This document shows positions 24,601 through 37,116 of a stretch of DNA of 64,000 bases, one piece after another. Each line of letters starts with the position of its first letter. Position 1 is the stretch's first letter. Under the pieces are notes generated by a model. The model worked only from the letters and a program-made list of their open reading frames with translations. It was not told where the DNA came from and did not search any database. Source of the DNA: Gordius albopunctatus (Eukaryota). A program made the translations under genes and the position numbers. The DNA is taken from NCBI GenBank assembly GCA_964276515.1, contig OZ193910.1, forward strand, positions 6,200,001 through 6,264,000, in the 5' to 3' direction.

Positions 24601-27600
24601 TGTCAAATTGGTTTGTGGTCTTGGCGCCAAAGAACGCCAGTTATTGTTCGAACAAAATGTCATATTAAATGTTATATAAAAAACATTCAGCTTAATTTGT
24701 TTTAAAATTTATAAAATCTTTTGAATACTTAGCATAATATTTTTAAATACTTAGCAATAATTTAAATACTTAGCAAATAATTTGTTGTGCTTTTCTATTT
24801 ACATCATCCGTGTCCCTTCTTAGTATATGCCCATACCATATTAGCCGATTTCCGTTAATCATGTCCGCCATAGGTTGAATACCCATTTTGTCATGAGAAA
24901 GTCTTTCGTCATATGATCGAGCTTAGTATATCCCAAACTCCACCTGGTAGAACCCTAAGCTCCCGTATAACACTAACTCCGATTCTAAACCAAGAGACTA
25001 AGTCAAAAGACAGAGACTGTTTTATTAGGTGGATAAGGCTTTATATACACATAGCGAAGGACATTAAAAGTAGTAATCAAATAAGAGATAATGTACGGTG
25101 TAAACTAAGGTATATTCAAATGACTAAGCGTATATTCAATTATTTGTGACCGCGCTCTAGTATAGGAAAAACGCGTGTATTCAAATTGCAACCTTGAATG
25201 CGGCTACACTACAAAGAAGGTTTGTCAAGGTAGTGATTCCTTCTTCACGGTATTCCATCTGGGCCATTTGCTTTGCTTTTCCTATCTGCATCTTGTTCAT
25301 TTGTGTCCTAACTTCATCCTCCTAAAGGAGTTCGACCATACTTATATTTGGCTCAATTTTGGTAGGGGAATCCTTGTCATTTGCAATATTCATAAGGCTC
25401 TTAAAATATCCTTTCCATGACTTCCTTCGGCTTGAATAAGAAACTCCAACATCGCCACTTTGTTTCTCCCTTATCTTCGCCAATTCGTGCATAAGCCTAT
25501 CGCCCCTTTGTGCTCCAGTTGTTTGCCATCTCGGTGTACGCGTCATTCTTCGCTAATGCAACGGACTTTTTTGTGGCCCTCTTTGCGTCCCTATACTCTT
25601 GATAATCCTCCGACTTTTTTGATTTATGCCACCGTCTATATAAATTTTTCTTCCGAAGAAATCTCTAACCGATTGATCTGGTCAATGCAGATAAGAATGA
25701 TCGATTGGGTATTTGTGATAAGTAAGAAAGAACAAAACTAATTTATGAAATGAAAAAAATCCCAAAGTTTTTATAAAACCAACTTTCAACGAATAAACTA
25801 AATTGTTATGATCATGCTGACAGACGGGAGTACGGCTAAGTAGAAAAGAAAATCAAAAAAATAAGATGCAAGAAAACGAATTTTAAAAAACTTGTAACTT
25901 AAAAAGAATTACAAAACCATTGTATGAAATCTATAAAACTATATTCGAATAAAGAATATATTTGGAATTAATTTTGATTAAATAAACTATATTGTTCAGA
26001 TCTAGGTTTCCAAATTTCCTGAATTTCAATTATTTTAATATGACTTGTTTACTATATCAGATTGCATTAATTCATAATCAGGAATTTATATTAAAATAGT
26101 ACATATATAGGTTATTATTAAATTTATTTAAATAATAATCAAGAACTTCATCATTATTTGAGCCTTTTTACAACTATATTTTATTACATTCAGCCGCCGG
26201 TTCAGCCTATGCATATAAAAGAGCCAAAAACGGCCAATGTGTAGTGTGTTATTTCGGTGAGGGGACAGCCAGTCAAGGTGATGCTTTTGTTGCACTAAAT
26301 TTTGCGATCACCTTGAAATGCCCCGTGATTTTCATTTGGTAATTTTTTTGCTATTTTTTTATTTGACCTAAGAACATTATAAAAACGAACTGTTAAAATT
26401 GGAAAAATATAAGAGCGGGTATAAAATAAAAAATTATGATTCAGGCGTAACATGTGCCATCTATTAAATGTGGTCAGCTGTCGGCCAGGAATTTAAAATT
26501 GTAATTTGCTATAAAAATACCAATCTTTTGTTTAAGTTAAAAATTTATAGAATATTTAGAGGACGGGCAGCGACGGCTGATTTTTTTAAAAAGCTTAATG
26601 GCTGTCAGACCAAAAGTCACAGAGCACGAGGCAACGACACGGGTAATATTAGAGGTTAGGAGGGCTTGGTATTTTACCGTTTTGCGGTCTTAGGGTCAGA
26701 GCGTTGTAGTTCTGGTTAGAGGGGGCGAAAATGTCTAATGCAAATGAAATACCGTTTAAGGGGTAGACCATTTTGCCAAAGGATCTGTCCAACGAAGGGT
26801 TTGACGGCTCTAAAACGGACAGAATATTGGTTTTTTTAAGAACGGCTTGGATAAGATTCACCTTTTCGTGCCTAATATATTAAAATTAATTATTAAGGCA
26901 TGGTAGGGGGTGCCTTGCATAAATGTCTACCTTCTGAGACCAGTTGCGACAGGAATATTACTTTGAATAGGGAATTACAAGTCTAAGGGCGATGGAATAT
27001 TCTAGCTCATGGCCCTCCAAGATCAATCAAGAAAGTGAACTAGGATAAGCTTCTAGCCACTCTTGACCCGATCAGTCAAAAACTAAAGATTTAAGGTTGA
27101 AGTTTTGGCGGGTGTTGCAACTCGATAAGAGGTAATCAACGAAGCGCGATACGAGGCCGGCATCCCAATCCTTTTGGCTTAAGGTTATGGGGAAGGTGGT
27201 CCCTCGGTTGACGTTGGCAGACCACACATCTAGAGCTTGTACAAACGATGGATCCTCACTCGGTATGATTAATCGGTCGATCAAACCTTGGGCGGATTTA
27301 TATGAAGGATAAAGGCTGCTAATGAAGCTGAGGTAGCCAGCCGTATGCCTAAGCCGCCAGCTTTAGTAGGTAATGAGGCTTGGAGCCACGAAGAAGTGCT
27401 GAATTTGATATTAAGGATGGCTTCTAAAGTGTTTTTCATAAAGCTATCGTAGTTTTTATAATGTCGGCTAATAAAAAAGCTGATGAGGACCGGAAGCAAT
27501 GTTGAATTTTGGAGATATTAAAATAATTTTTGATGATATAAAAAGCGTGATGTTTTGGGAAGGTATTGAGAATTTCCATCTTCGAGGAAAGAGTTGATAA

Positions 27601-30600
27601 TTGACTATGTAAAAACTCTTTTAAGGCGATTTGTCCACCTATTGGAGAGCCTAGATGAGTTAAACTCTTCATTTCAACTTTTAAAAAAGGCTTTAAAATG
27701 GGAAATATATCTGTATCCGGGCACTGATATATCTCACATTTAGAGATATTCAATTTGAGGTTTAGGGTAGCTTCATGTTCTCGTATTAAAAGAATGGCCT
27801 TGGGGATTTCTTCCGGAGGGCCGCATAAGGTGGCATCGTCTAGTTACCAGACGTTTAATGATAAAGTGCATTGGTTAGAGAGCGATTAGATTAAATTTTT
27901 GATCCCTAGGCAAAACAAAGGTGGACCTAGCGGATCACCCTGTTACAACCTTCTGCCGATTCGATTAAAAAGTTCCCCAACTTTAGTTTTGATATTCAAC
28001 CGTAACTTAAACTGATGTAATGTGAAAACTTTGGGAACTCATCAACGAAGGAATTTATTATCGTTTCTCGGCGATTATTATTGAAAGCATTGGCAAAGTC
28101 CAGTTTAATCATGCATTGATTGGAGGGAATTTATTATAGACTTATCCGCGCAGCGTGACTGGCAGCCTCACAGCCGCCTTTAACCCCAAATCATGCCGGA
28201 AGAATCTAGTTTTATGAAAGCTGAGGTAGGGAGTCGATCTGCCATGGGGGATGTTTAGATTTGAGTTGTTGGTGAGTATCAAGGGAAGGAGCGATTGGGT
28301 CATTGTCTAGAAACTTGTTTAGCAGATTACTTGGGCAGTTGGGAAGTTTAGGGACTATTTTTGCTGGGGGGTATTTTTAAGAATTTCATCAATATCGAGA
28401 TTTAAAAAAGAGTCTTTAATATGTTTGGACAGATTTTGAACATTGGGTCCTTACATATAAGGTGTGAAAGTAGTCTGAAAAGATTATGTTATGAAAGTTA
28501 TAATATTGATTAAAATCTGTTTAATAGCCGGCCGAGCTCCCCTAGTGATTCTTGAAATGGTGTTGGGAAAGGTTTGTATATACAGTTCATATGAAATGTT
28601 TTCAATATGTGTTGTCAAAAACCAATCCTTTTCCTGTTGACCAATGACCCAGTTTCATAATACATTCTCTCTGGCAAACTCATAATTTTACAATCAACCC
28701 CATACGCCTTTTAAAATATTTGGTTTTTATGAGTTATAAGAATAGGGTGATCCACTAGGTCCCCTTTTGTTTTGTCCAATGATTAAGAACTTAATCGAAT
28801 CGCTCTCTGCCCAATGCGCATTAACATTGAACTTCCGTCTAGTATCTTAATGATGACACCCTATTCCGCCCTCCCGCAGAAATTTCCAAGGCCATACATT
28901 CGTGATTATGAAGCCGCTTTCAACCTTAAATTAAATATTTACAAGTGTGAGATATTCCAGTGCCCTGATACCGCCTTTCCCCTATTTTTAAATTCTGTTT
29001 AAAAGGCGAAATGGAGAGCTTTACACATCTGGGCTCTCCAATAGGCGGTCAAACCGCCTTAAAAAAGTTTCTACATAATCATTTATTAAATCTTATTTTA
29101 AAGATGGAACTTCTGAATACCCTCCCCAACATCATGCATTTTACATCATTTAAATTTTTTTCAATATCCAAAATTCAACACTGTTTTTGTCCCGCTTCTG
29201 CTTTTCTACTTCCCGATATTTTAAAAAGCCACGATAGCTTTATGGTAAGTTCTTTGGAAACAATCCCCATCATTAAATTCAGCACCTCCTACTGGCTCCA
29301 AGCCTCATTACCCACTAAAGCAGACGGCTTAGGCATACGCCTAGCTGCCTCAATCTCATTTGCTGCCTTCATATCTTTCTATAAATCCGGCAATATTTTA
29401 ATTAACAGCTTAATTACACCAAGGGAGTACCCATCTTTTGTATTCGCTCTAGATGTCTCGTCGGTCAACGTCGATCCAGGCCCCCCCCCAATCTCAAGAC
29501 AAATGGATTGGGATACCGGCCTCGTGTCGCGCTCCATTTATTGCTTCTTATCGAGCAGCGACGCCCGTCAGCACTTTAACCGTAAATCTTTAGTTTTTGA
29601 CGGCACTCTATGGATTGAGATTGGAGGACCCTGAGCTATCATACACCATCGCCCTTATACTGGGAATTCCCTATTCTAAAGAATTTTCCCGCTGCAACGG
29701 CTCCAATCAGGTAGACGTCTACTCAAGGCACCCCCTAAACTACCTTTTTAATACATCAAGCACGAGAAATTTCCCTAATCCAGGTCGCTTATAAAAAAAG
29801 CTAATACCCCGTCCGTTTTAGAGCCGTCTGACCCTTAGTTGGAAGGAAGAATGCCACCCGACGGCTCTACCCTGATCCCTTGGTGTCCAAAAATTACATT
29901 GCTCTGACCCTCGCCAAAGCCATTAAAATGGCCAAATACCAGGCACTCTTACCTTTAAATCTTTTTAGCCCTATTGTTGCCTCATGCTCTCGGAATTTTG
30001 GACCAGCAGCCATCTAAATTTTTAAATAAATCAGTCGGCGTTGCCCGGTCTTTAAATATTCCACCAACCTTTTACTATCGCAAAGTATAATTTTAATCCT
30101 TGGCTGATAGCTAGCCGCTTTTAACGGATGATACATGCGACGCTTTCGAATTATTTTATTTCTTACCCGATTTTATATTTTAAATATTTCACAATTTCAT
30201 ACTTCGCCTTTATAATGTTTCTATATCGATTAAACAAATATTTAATAAAAAAAAATTTATAAGTGATTTCTTGGTTTCGTCGACACCTAATTTTTACAGC
30301 TCTAAATTGTTTAAGTTTATAAATTATACCATGTTTCTCTATTTTCAATTTGAATAGTCGTAACAATGGCTACGCCATCTCTACACCAACCAAAGATCAA
30401 TACGGGGGCGATGGGATAGCTGCGCGGAGTTTAGGGATGGGTATACCCTCAATACGCGTTGACGGCAACGACTTTTACGCCATGTATTACGCTACGCAAG
30501 AGGCCAGGCTATATTGCCTCAAACATTTTAAACCCGTCCTAATCGAAGCGATCACCTATAGGTATTATTATTATTGAACTAATCAACTGATCGTTCAATT

Positions 30601-31906
30601 TTCGAGTGTGATTATGCTGCCGTTTGCATTTTAGATTTAAGCCTCTTTTAAATCATAAAAACACGAATAATCTGCAATGTAAAATTTATAAGTGGCCAGA
30701 GTGGGATACCAAAGCTCTTTATTTATCTCCAACAATTCATGCGAGATGTATATTTCGGTAAAATTTTCCCCAGATTTAAGGATGATGAATGAACTTTTAT
30801 TTATAGCTGTGAGTAAATTTAATGTGGTTAATAGGGATAAAGCTGACTTTAATTTTGCCAAGGCTACATTTTGTTGAAAATTCCTGGGTCTCCATCTGAA
30901 TCACAAGGCAATGTTCCTTTAATGTTTTGTGGTAAAAGTAGAGGTTTGCTATTACTTTTACAAACTACGTTTGATCGTTGAGTTTGAAAAAGTTTATTTT
31001 TGCCAAATGGTAACAATTTTAGTTTAAATAATGCGTTATAGATATACCAAACTATAATATGTAATAAAGCCTCTAATAAGCTCTTTGTCGAAAATTTAAA
31101 TTAAAAAATGAAATGCATATTATCTTTCTAGGTGTTGTCTTAAATTCTTTTATACAATTAAACCATAATTATTTAGCCAATTTATATATTTATCAATTTT
31201 TTTCTTCAAAATTTGGCCAAGGGTACCGGGAACCTGCTTTCAATCCCCCCATTGGCTAGGCGCCTTGTTGTGCTTTATATTTATCCCCTATCGCGGAAAT
31301 TTTGTTTCCCGCTTTTAGTTCACAAATTTATTAAAGATACCGGTTTAAGTAAAAAGGCAGTTGCCAATAACGAGCTCATATTGTTATATTTATTTCTTAT
31401 ATTTTTTAAGAAATAATATGCTTAGCTTCGACTACAGTTTTTTCTCTTTGTTACTGGTAAATTACAATAATTTATATGAATTTAGGTTAGGCCATCATAG
31501 CACATCTGATGACAGCTCAATGTATAGATCGAAGGAAGAAATTGAGTATTGGCAAAACAATTATGATCCTATTATGCGTTTTAAAAAGCATCTATTACAC
31601 AAAGGTTGGTGGAGCGAAAGCGAGGAAAATTTATTAAGTCAGGAAGTTAAGACAGAAGTTAGTACAATGTGCAACTTAATTCTTATAAATCTTGTTAAGG
31701 ATATGACCATTAAAATTTGTTGCTGTATATTTATCAAGGTATTAAAAGCTTTCAATAAGGCTGAAGCTCAAAAGAAACCTCCAATAGAAGAAATGTTTAC
31801 TGACGTCTATGATATCGAAACTCCAAACCTACTTAAACAAAAAAAGGAGTTATTTAAACACTTGGAAGAATATGGAAAATTGTATTCTCTTGATCATTAT
31901 GCATAA
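14076..31906 (+). CDS. BCKDHA: Branched-chain 2-oxo acid dehydrogenase E1 alpha, ~401 aa. Exons 14076-14234, 14272-14467, 14613-14774, 26194-26338, 30358-30561, 31486-31657, 31739-31906
   Basis: Motifs [34 protein letters not shown], the TPP-binding FGEGTAS...[16 protein letters not shown] and the phosphorylation loop [11 protein letters not shown]. Basic N-terminus resembling a mitochondrial presequence. Junctions are phase-consistent. Confidence 0.96.
15117..15760 (+). mobile_element. Internally deleted MULE copy, inverted relative to the copy at 16350-24789
   Basis: Terminus CACAACAAATAATTTGCTAAGTATTT mirrors 24740-24789. ORF 15259-15477 ([15 protein letters not shown]...CWAHV) matches ORF 23469-23876. 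15610-15760 mirrors 16355-16510. Confidence 0.8.
15780..16040 (+). repeat. Degenerate TGCTAAGTATTTTATT tandem array (MULE subterminal motif)
   Basis: About ten copies of TGCTAAGT at roughly 20-nt spacing. The same motif occurs at the MULE termini. Confidence 0.65.
17843..18690 (-). pseudogene. hAT transposase C-terminal fragment, left arm (3 exons)
   Basis: LMPFY...AAYLDPRVK...[38 protein letters not shown]. There is an in-frame TAA just before NFLMPF and no N-terminal half. Confidence 0.9.
18781..18980. other. 200-N assembly gap; the flanking contigs overlap by 204 bp
   Basis: 18577-18780 is identical to 18981-19184, so the gap is probably negative-sized. Confidence 0.9.
19097..19896 (+). 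pseudogene. hAT transposase C-terminal fragment, right arm (3 exons)
   Basis: Reverse-complement twin of the left-arm fragment, with two short GT-AG introns and AATAAA at ~19943. Confidence 0.9.
20765..22445 (-). mobile_element. Non-autonomous Helentron (DINE-1/pearl-like) inserted in the right arm of the foldback hAT
   Basis: SubTIRs, a (GACG)n tract at 22396-22411, terminal hairpin GGGCCTTCGGCCC, and ~119-bp plus longer internal repeats. The empty site is visible in the left arm as a T run at ~16971-16975. Confidence 0.85.
24797..25750 (-). mobile_element. Degenerate RTE-clade LINE fragments
   Basis: [10 protein letters not shown]...[13 protein letters not shown] (24800-24942) and [12 protein letters not shown]...[10 protein letters not shown] (25322-25546). 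Confidence 0.65.
26400..28260 (-). mobile_element. CRE-clade non-LTR retrotransposon relic
   Basis: [50 protein letters not shown] and [16 protein letters not shown], followed by a C-terminal RLE-like region. Many frameshifts. Confidence 0.8.
28735..30185 (+). mobile_element. Second, 5'-truncated CRE-clade relic, inverted relative to 26400-28260
   Basis: [30 protein letters not shown] and PDGSTLIPW. The 3' end mirrors 26405-26500. Confidence 0.8.
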
Positions 31907-32015
31907 TTTATTTTAATATTTATTTATGAATTTTTTTTTAAAAATACAATGGACCAGTGTTACACAATTATCACTTTTATTTATAAAATTTATAATAAAT
32001 TCATATTTTATGTTG

Positions 32016-33671
32016 TTAATCTTCATCGGAAGAACTATCTGAATCTTCGTCATCATCAGTCTTTTCTATGGCTTCGGACTGACCCGGCGTCTCTTTGGAA
32101 TTATTCTCAGGCGTATTTAATTTACTTGTCAAAACATCCATACCTTGTGGAGATTTTAAGATTTCTGTGGATATAACAATGTTGGAAGGCATGCTTTCAT
32201 TTGGCTTTTGAATGATTTCATTATTTTTTTCTTCTTTTTTGGTATATGTATCATAATTATTTTCTTCCCCTTCTGATAAGATGTTACTTTCATGGCCTTT
32301 AATTTCAGCCGGCTTATCTTTCTTTGAATAGCCATTAGAACTAGGGGTTTTTTTCCTGCTCGCATACGCTTCGCCACTTTGATAAACGTTGAGGCTAGTA
32401 TCATCGTAATTCTGATATTCCGTCGACGAATATTCAGCTCGGTTATATATTTCATCATCATCTGACTCTTTTATCATTGGCGCCTTCTCTAATGGCCTAT
32501 TTTTGAAAATGTTTTCGATTATAGTTTTGTATGTATTGTTAGAACCATTGATAAGTTTGACTTTTGGTCTTTCATTTACGTGTCTAAATAGCCTTTCCTT
32601 CAGATTTCTTTCATACATCGCAGTTACTTTTGGTAGTGATATTGAGGGCAAAAGTTCGTTTCGAGATACTATACCCCTATCCTCTCCTACATGACCCAGG
32701 TAGGGTATAAAGTAATCGATGTTTTCACCAATGACTTTTCCTAGACCTTTCAAGCTAGAAACGCTTAAGAATCCATGGTGGCTAATTTCTTTATCTGGTT
32801 TGGGGATAGCATAAAGTAGCTCTTTTTCTACAAAAGGGCGATAATCAAATTTTGCCTCGTAATCTGGGATAACCACCGATTTAAGCGCCTCCGTCAGCAT
32901 TTCTCTTTCTTTTTCATAATTATGGTTTACTGTAGCACCATAAACTCTTTTGCCGTGGAGGTTTCTTATTTGTATTATGAAAAATGCCGTCAGAGCCCAC
33001 ATAATAAGAATTGAGGGTATACCGAATCCTAAAATGTGCTGATACTTAACTTTTTCTTTGTATATTCTAAAATTTTCACAAAAATGTCCTACATGCTGGG
33101 AACCAACGTCTAACCCCGAAAAATTATAAATATGCATAGCCTTTATTTGGGTTTCGTCCATACCCAAAAATACATCCAGTTTCAAGGGGTAAGATTTCCC
33201 GTGCTTCAAAATAAAAATTGATTCTGAACTACAGGCCATATTACTTTCCGAGGGGCTTATTAACACTTGTGGTTCATCCTGACTTCTAGATTCATATCGC
33301 CATTTGGACAAAAGTTCTAAGCGACAATCGCAGTACCATGGATTTTCTTCGAAGTATACATATTTTAAACTAGGTAGTTCCTTAAGGTCGGCCACGTCAA
33401 TTAGGCGTATCTCATTGTATGATAAGTCTAAGCTTTCCAAGCGATCTAGACCCGTAAACGCATGTTTTTGAACGATACGTATTCTATTGTTGGACACATT
33501 TAAGCGTCTAATACTAGGAATTTTTACCAAAAAGTAGTTCGCTATTATACTTACCAAATTATATTGGAGGTACAAGGCCTCGATGTGTTCATAATTTACG
33601 AATAATGATGGTTCAATTTTGTGAATATTTTGATGACTTAAATCCAATGACATATTCTTAAGGTCCATCAA
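32016..33671 (-). CDS. Leucine-rich-repeat single-pass membrane protein (5' exon or signal peptide not located)
   Basis: 551-aa ORF with LxxLxLxxN repeats, an LRRCT cap (ENPWYCDCRL), a TM segment (ILGFGIPSILIMWALTAFFII) and a long acidic cytoplasmic tail. Confidence 0.85.
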   Translation of the reverse strand: MMDLKNMSLDLSHQNIHKIEPSLFVNYEHIEALYLQYNLVSIIANYFLVKIPSIRRLNVSNNRIRIVQKHAFTGLDRLESLDLSYNEIRLIDVADLKELPSLKYVYFEENPWYCDCRLELLSKWRYESRSQDEPQVLISPSESNMACSSESIFILKHGKSYPLKLDVFLGMDETQIKAMHIYNFSGLDVGSQHVGHFCENFRIYKEKVKYQHILGFGIPSILIMWALTAFFIIQIRNLHGKRVYGATVNHNYEKEREMLTEALKSVVIPDYEAKFDYRPFVEKELLYAIPKPDKEISHHGFLSVSSLKGLGKVIGENIDYFIPYLGHVGEDRGIVSRNELLPSISLPKVTAMYERNLKERLFRHVNERPKVKLINGSNNTYKTIIENIFKNRPLEKAPMIKESDDDEIYNRAEYSSTEYQNYDDTSLNVYQSGEAYASRKKTPSSNGYSKKDKPAEIKGHESNILSEGEENNYDTYTKKEEKNNEIIQKPNESMPSNIVISTEILKSPQGMDVLTSKLNTPENNSKETPGQSEAIEKTDDDEDSDSSSDED

Positions 33672-34879
33672 TTAAGTTTAATTTTTAAAATAGTTATTTC
33701 TAATATGTTATACGAAAATATAATTGAATAGATGGAATTGTTTTTGAAATTATTCTGCTTCTTATTAAGTGTTTTTTTTAATTTAGAAACTATCATATTA
33801 AAATAGAACATACGAATTTTACCTACTTACTATGTTTATTAAAGTACCGTGTTATCTCAACCTTATTTGACTTAAGCCTTACGTCATATGGCCATCCGAA
33901 AATTAGGTCAAGGGGAAACTAAGTTTAGGGAAAGTTCGCTAATAATGTGAGTTATAATTTTTCCAAGAGTCAAGGTTTTCATTTATTGTAAAGTTGTGTC
34001 CCCTTTTAAAGACACGATTACTGTAGCATATTGGAATACCTAATAGATTTCATGCGGCAAATGGTCGATGTGCCTTATGAGAGGCACAAATTGAGGAAGA
34101 CAAGAAAATTGATTATTTTAAAAGTTTGCCCACCGTTCCCTATCATTCAAAATAACCGGCATTTATTTTTCAAGTATTTATTTAAATTTTACGAAATAGA
34201 TTGCAAAATATCACTGTCATTGCAATTGCGACCCCTCAAAAGAGGAGGACATACGACACATGAGTGAGAGTCAATAATTAGTGACCTTTCTTCTAAAAGC
34301 TTCCTTTTGTTTGAGTTTTAGGGAAGAATTTTAAAGCGCATCGATAATTTTGTATGCTAATGCCTAAGAATAAGAAAACTTCTTACAATTCTTATTTTAT
34401 TTATATGAACTTTTAAATTTTTCACCCTATAAACACTCCATAACTAGGATTCATACTCTTGAAGCTAAATGTGGGGAAGCGGGTATGTAAATGGGGGTGA
34501 TCCTCAAATATTAAAACAAGCGAATTTTTTTCCAAGACTTTACATATTGTCTGCATGAATCTTTGGTTTCAGATCAACCCTTAAATAACGAATTTGTGGC
34601 ATAAGTCAATTGGTTAGGTCAATCTTCAAATATGATTTAAAAGTTGTTTAATATGCAGGGCTTTCCATAAAGTATATGGAAGCCTAGCATAATTATTTTG
34701 CCAGGCTTGTGTCCCAATTTTTTATCTAAAAAATAAATGCTGGGTCCCCATTTTATGATAATCTAATTTTTAAAAGGCTTGAACCTGGGCTCGGCTTTAA
34801 ATATAAATTGAAACGGCGATCTAAGTCAGACCAAAAAGACGAATTCACAGTAGGGAATTATGGTGAGGGATAAATCGGT

Positions 34880-35219
34880 TATGAATTTTAAAGTAACATA
34901 AATCTAAAAAAGTGGTAGGATTATCAAGAATATCCTCGAAGATAGCCCTTTCAAAGAATGCTGCGTACACCGTGACGGCAAGCGACAGGATCATAGCAAA
35001 TTGGCCAAGAAGAAAAGTCACAAAGTCAGAGTCCTTAAAACAACCAAAAACGAGAAGGGTCAAACCTTGTTTAAACAGAAGGAGACGATGGAAAGGGGGA
35101 ATGAGTATTTTACTGAATTTATTGAATTTGCCAATCATAATATTTTTCCCCCGATATTAAGCCAAACCTCAAAATGGTCGAACTCAAAGATGAAGCTAAC
35201 AGAAGTCAAATTCATTTAA
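34880..35219 (+). mobile_element. RTE-like LINE fragment
   Basis: LAKKKSHKVR...KNEKGQTLFKQKETMERGNEYFTEF resembles the ERWxEYF region that precedes the RT domain. Confidence 0.45.
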
Positions 35220-37116
35220 AATTTTCTGCCCGAACCCGGCGCGGTCCAATTGAATAACTAAATTGCCACTTGGAACCGCCCAAACTTTATAAGTGTGCGC
35301 CCGACCATCCCCGCATCATTAGATCTTCCAGGTCCGAAATTTAGTAATAATTTTGACATTTTGCCAACATTTTAATTTTTTAGATAGAAAAATGCAAAGG
35401 TGTAGCTAGGTGTGGAGCAAGGTCTCCCCAAGAGCAAAACCCTTGCCCTTTAGAGCTCCCCAGGATTCGTGGCCCTGTTGCTGCCGTCTTCCCTTTAAAT
35501 ACTAGTTTAATATTGAATTAAGCAAGGGAATAAATAAAGGCAACTACATATTTTATTTAATCAAAAAATGAAATGTGTAGTGAATTTGGACACCAATAAA
35601 AACCGAATCAATTTGTTTTATAAACGTGAGTAATTATTAAGCAAACGATAAAATCATACGCAGAGGATAAATATATGCAGACGATAAATATACGCAGAAG
35701 ATAAAAATAGGCAGACGATAAATTCATACACAAGATAAATATACGTAGACGATAAAATCGTATATTCAAAATAGTAAAATAAAGGATATTAATAAGTGAC
35801 CATATAATATTCAAATATGGAATTTGAATATAGGGGTACCATACAATTCCCCTCCCTATTTTCAAGAAGTGCTAAAAGTAGATATATTCGGCTAATTTTG
35901 CCTGCCAGTGGACTTTTCGTCCAGATTTTGTGGTTGTATGGCTTGGCGTAGTGTTAGTTGAGGTGGTTGTAGTTGTAGAGATGGAAGGTTGAGGTTTAAT
36001 GATTGGGCCTTTTGTGAGTGGTTTCGGAGGGTTGGCTGATTCGATATATGCTGGTTTTAAACGATCAATAGATATTTTATCATGCTTCCCGTTTCTGTCT
36101 GCCACGAAATATTTAGCTTGTCTGTCTATTGCTTTGAATGGACCTTCGTATGGTGGAGATAAACTTTTGCGAACTTTATCTTACCTGATAAAACTGTAAG
36201 GGGTTGAGAAAACAAATCAACAGGGATTTGATGTTTGACGGACGTGGTGGTGTGAAACGTACGCTGTCGAAATGGTGTCGAAGGCGTTGTATGAAATCGG
36301 TGGCATTGGTGTCGAATGACGAGGGTTGTATGAAATCCCCCGGAAGACGTAAGGTAGTACCATATATTAGTTCGGAACTAGAGCATGCTAGATCTTCCTT
36401 GATTGTGGTTCTAGTGCCCAGAAGTATTAAAGGAAGTAGTTCGGACCATTTGTTAACGTTGTCTTTTGCCATGATCGAACTCTTTAGCTGACGATGGAAA
36501 CGTTCAACCAGCCCATTGGCTTGTGGATTATAGGCGGTTGTGGCTATATGATGATAACCAAGAAGTTGAGAAAATTTACGGAAGAGCGTCGACTGGAACT
36601 GGGATCCTCTATCTGTTATATTGGTTGGAACGCCAAAATTTACTATCCAATGTTTCAACAAGGTACTAGCCACTGTTTCGGCTGAGGTATCTTTAATAGG
36701 GATTTAAATTGGCCACCGGGTGAATCGATCAACGGCCGCAAAAATTTACGCGTACCATTGGAGGGCGGTAACGGGCCAACGATGTCTAGGTGGATATGGC
36801 GGAATCGAGCATGTGATTGGTTGAATGTACCTGGAGTAGAAACAACATGTTTATGGACTTTGCAAACCTGACATTTATGGCATTGCTGAGCCCATCTTCG
36901 TGCATCATGGTTCATTTTAGGCCAGACAAATCGTTTCGAAATTAGTTTAAGAGTTGAACGGATACTAGGATGTGATAATCCATAATATTGGTCGAAAATT
37001 GTTTGTCGTAGGGTAGGGGGTACCAGAGGTCGAGATATTGTTTGGGAAACATCACAAATGATATTTTGTTTTGATCCGGGTATTGGGAATTGTTCCAATA
37101 TTAGAGCTTTCCTCAT

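Larger units (their letters stand above)
16350..24789 (-). mobile_element. MULE/Mutator transposon with a pseudogenised transposase (ATG 24577 to ~16508), split in its SWIM finger by a hAT insertion
   Basis: LHADATYK...[11 protein letters not shown]...CWAHV MULE domain and TNNCLES. The SWIM remnant KHVIGLAL (22800) resumes as LKLCKPP...KRRRGRPSK (16600). In-frame stops are present. Confidence 0.88.

Noticed and set aside
32156..32694. Overlapping and antisense ORFs in the LRR gene (likewise in the LTR, RTE and EXOSC6 regions)
   Set aside because: Shadow frames of real coding sequence.
33700..34360. Candidate 5' exons of the LRR gene
   Set aside because: I could not assemble a stop-free, phase-consistent chain that includes a signal peptide.
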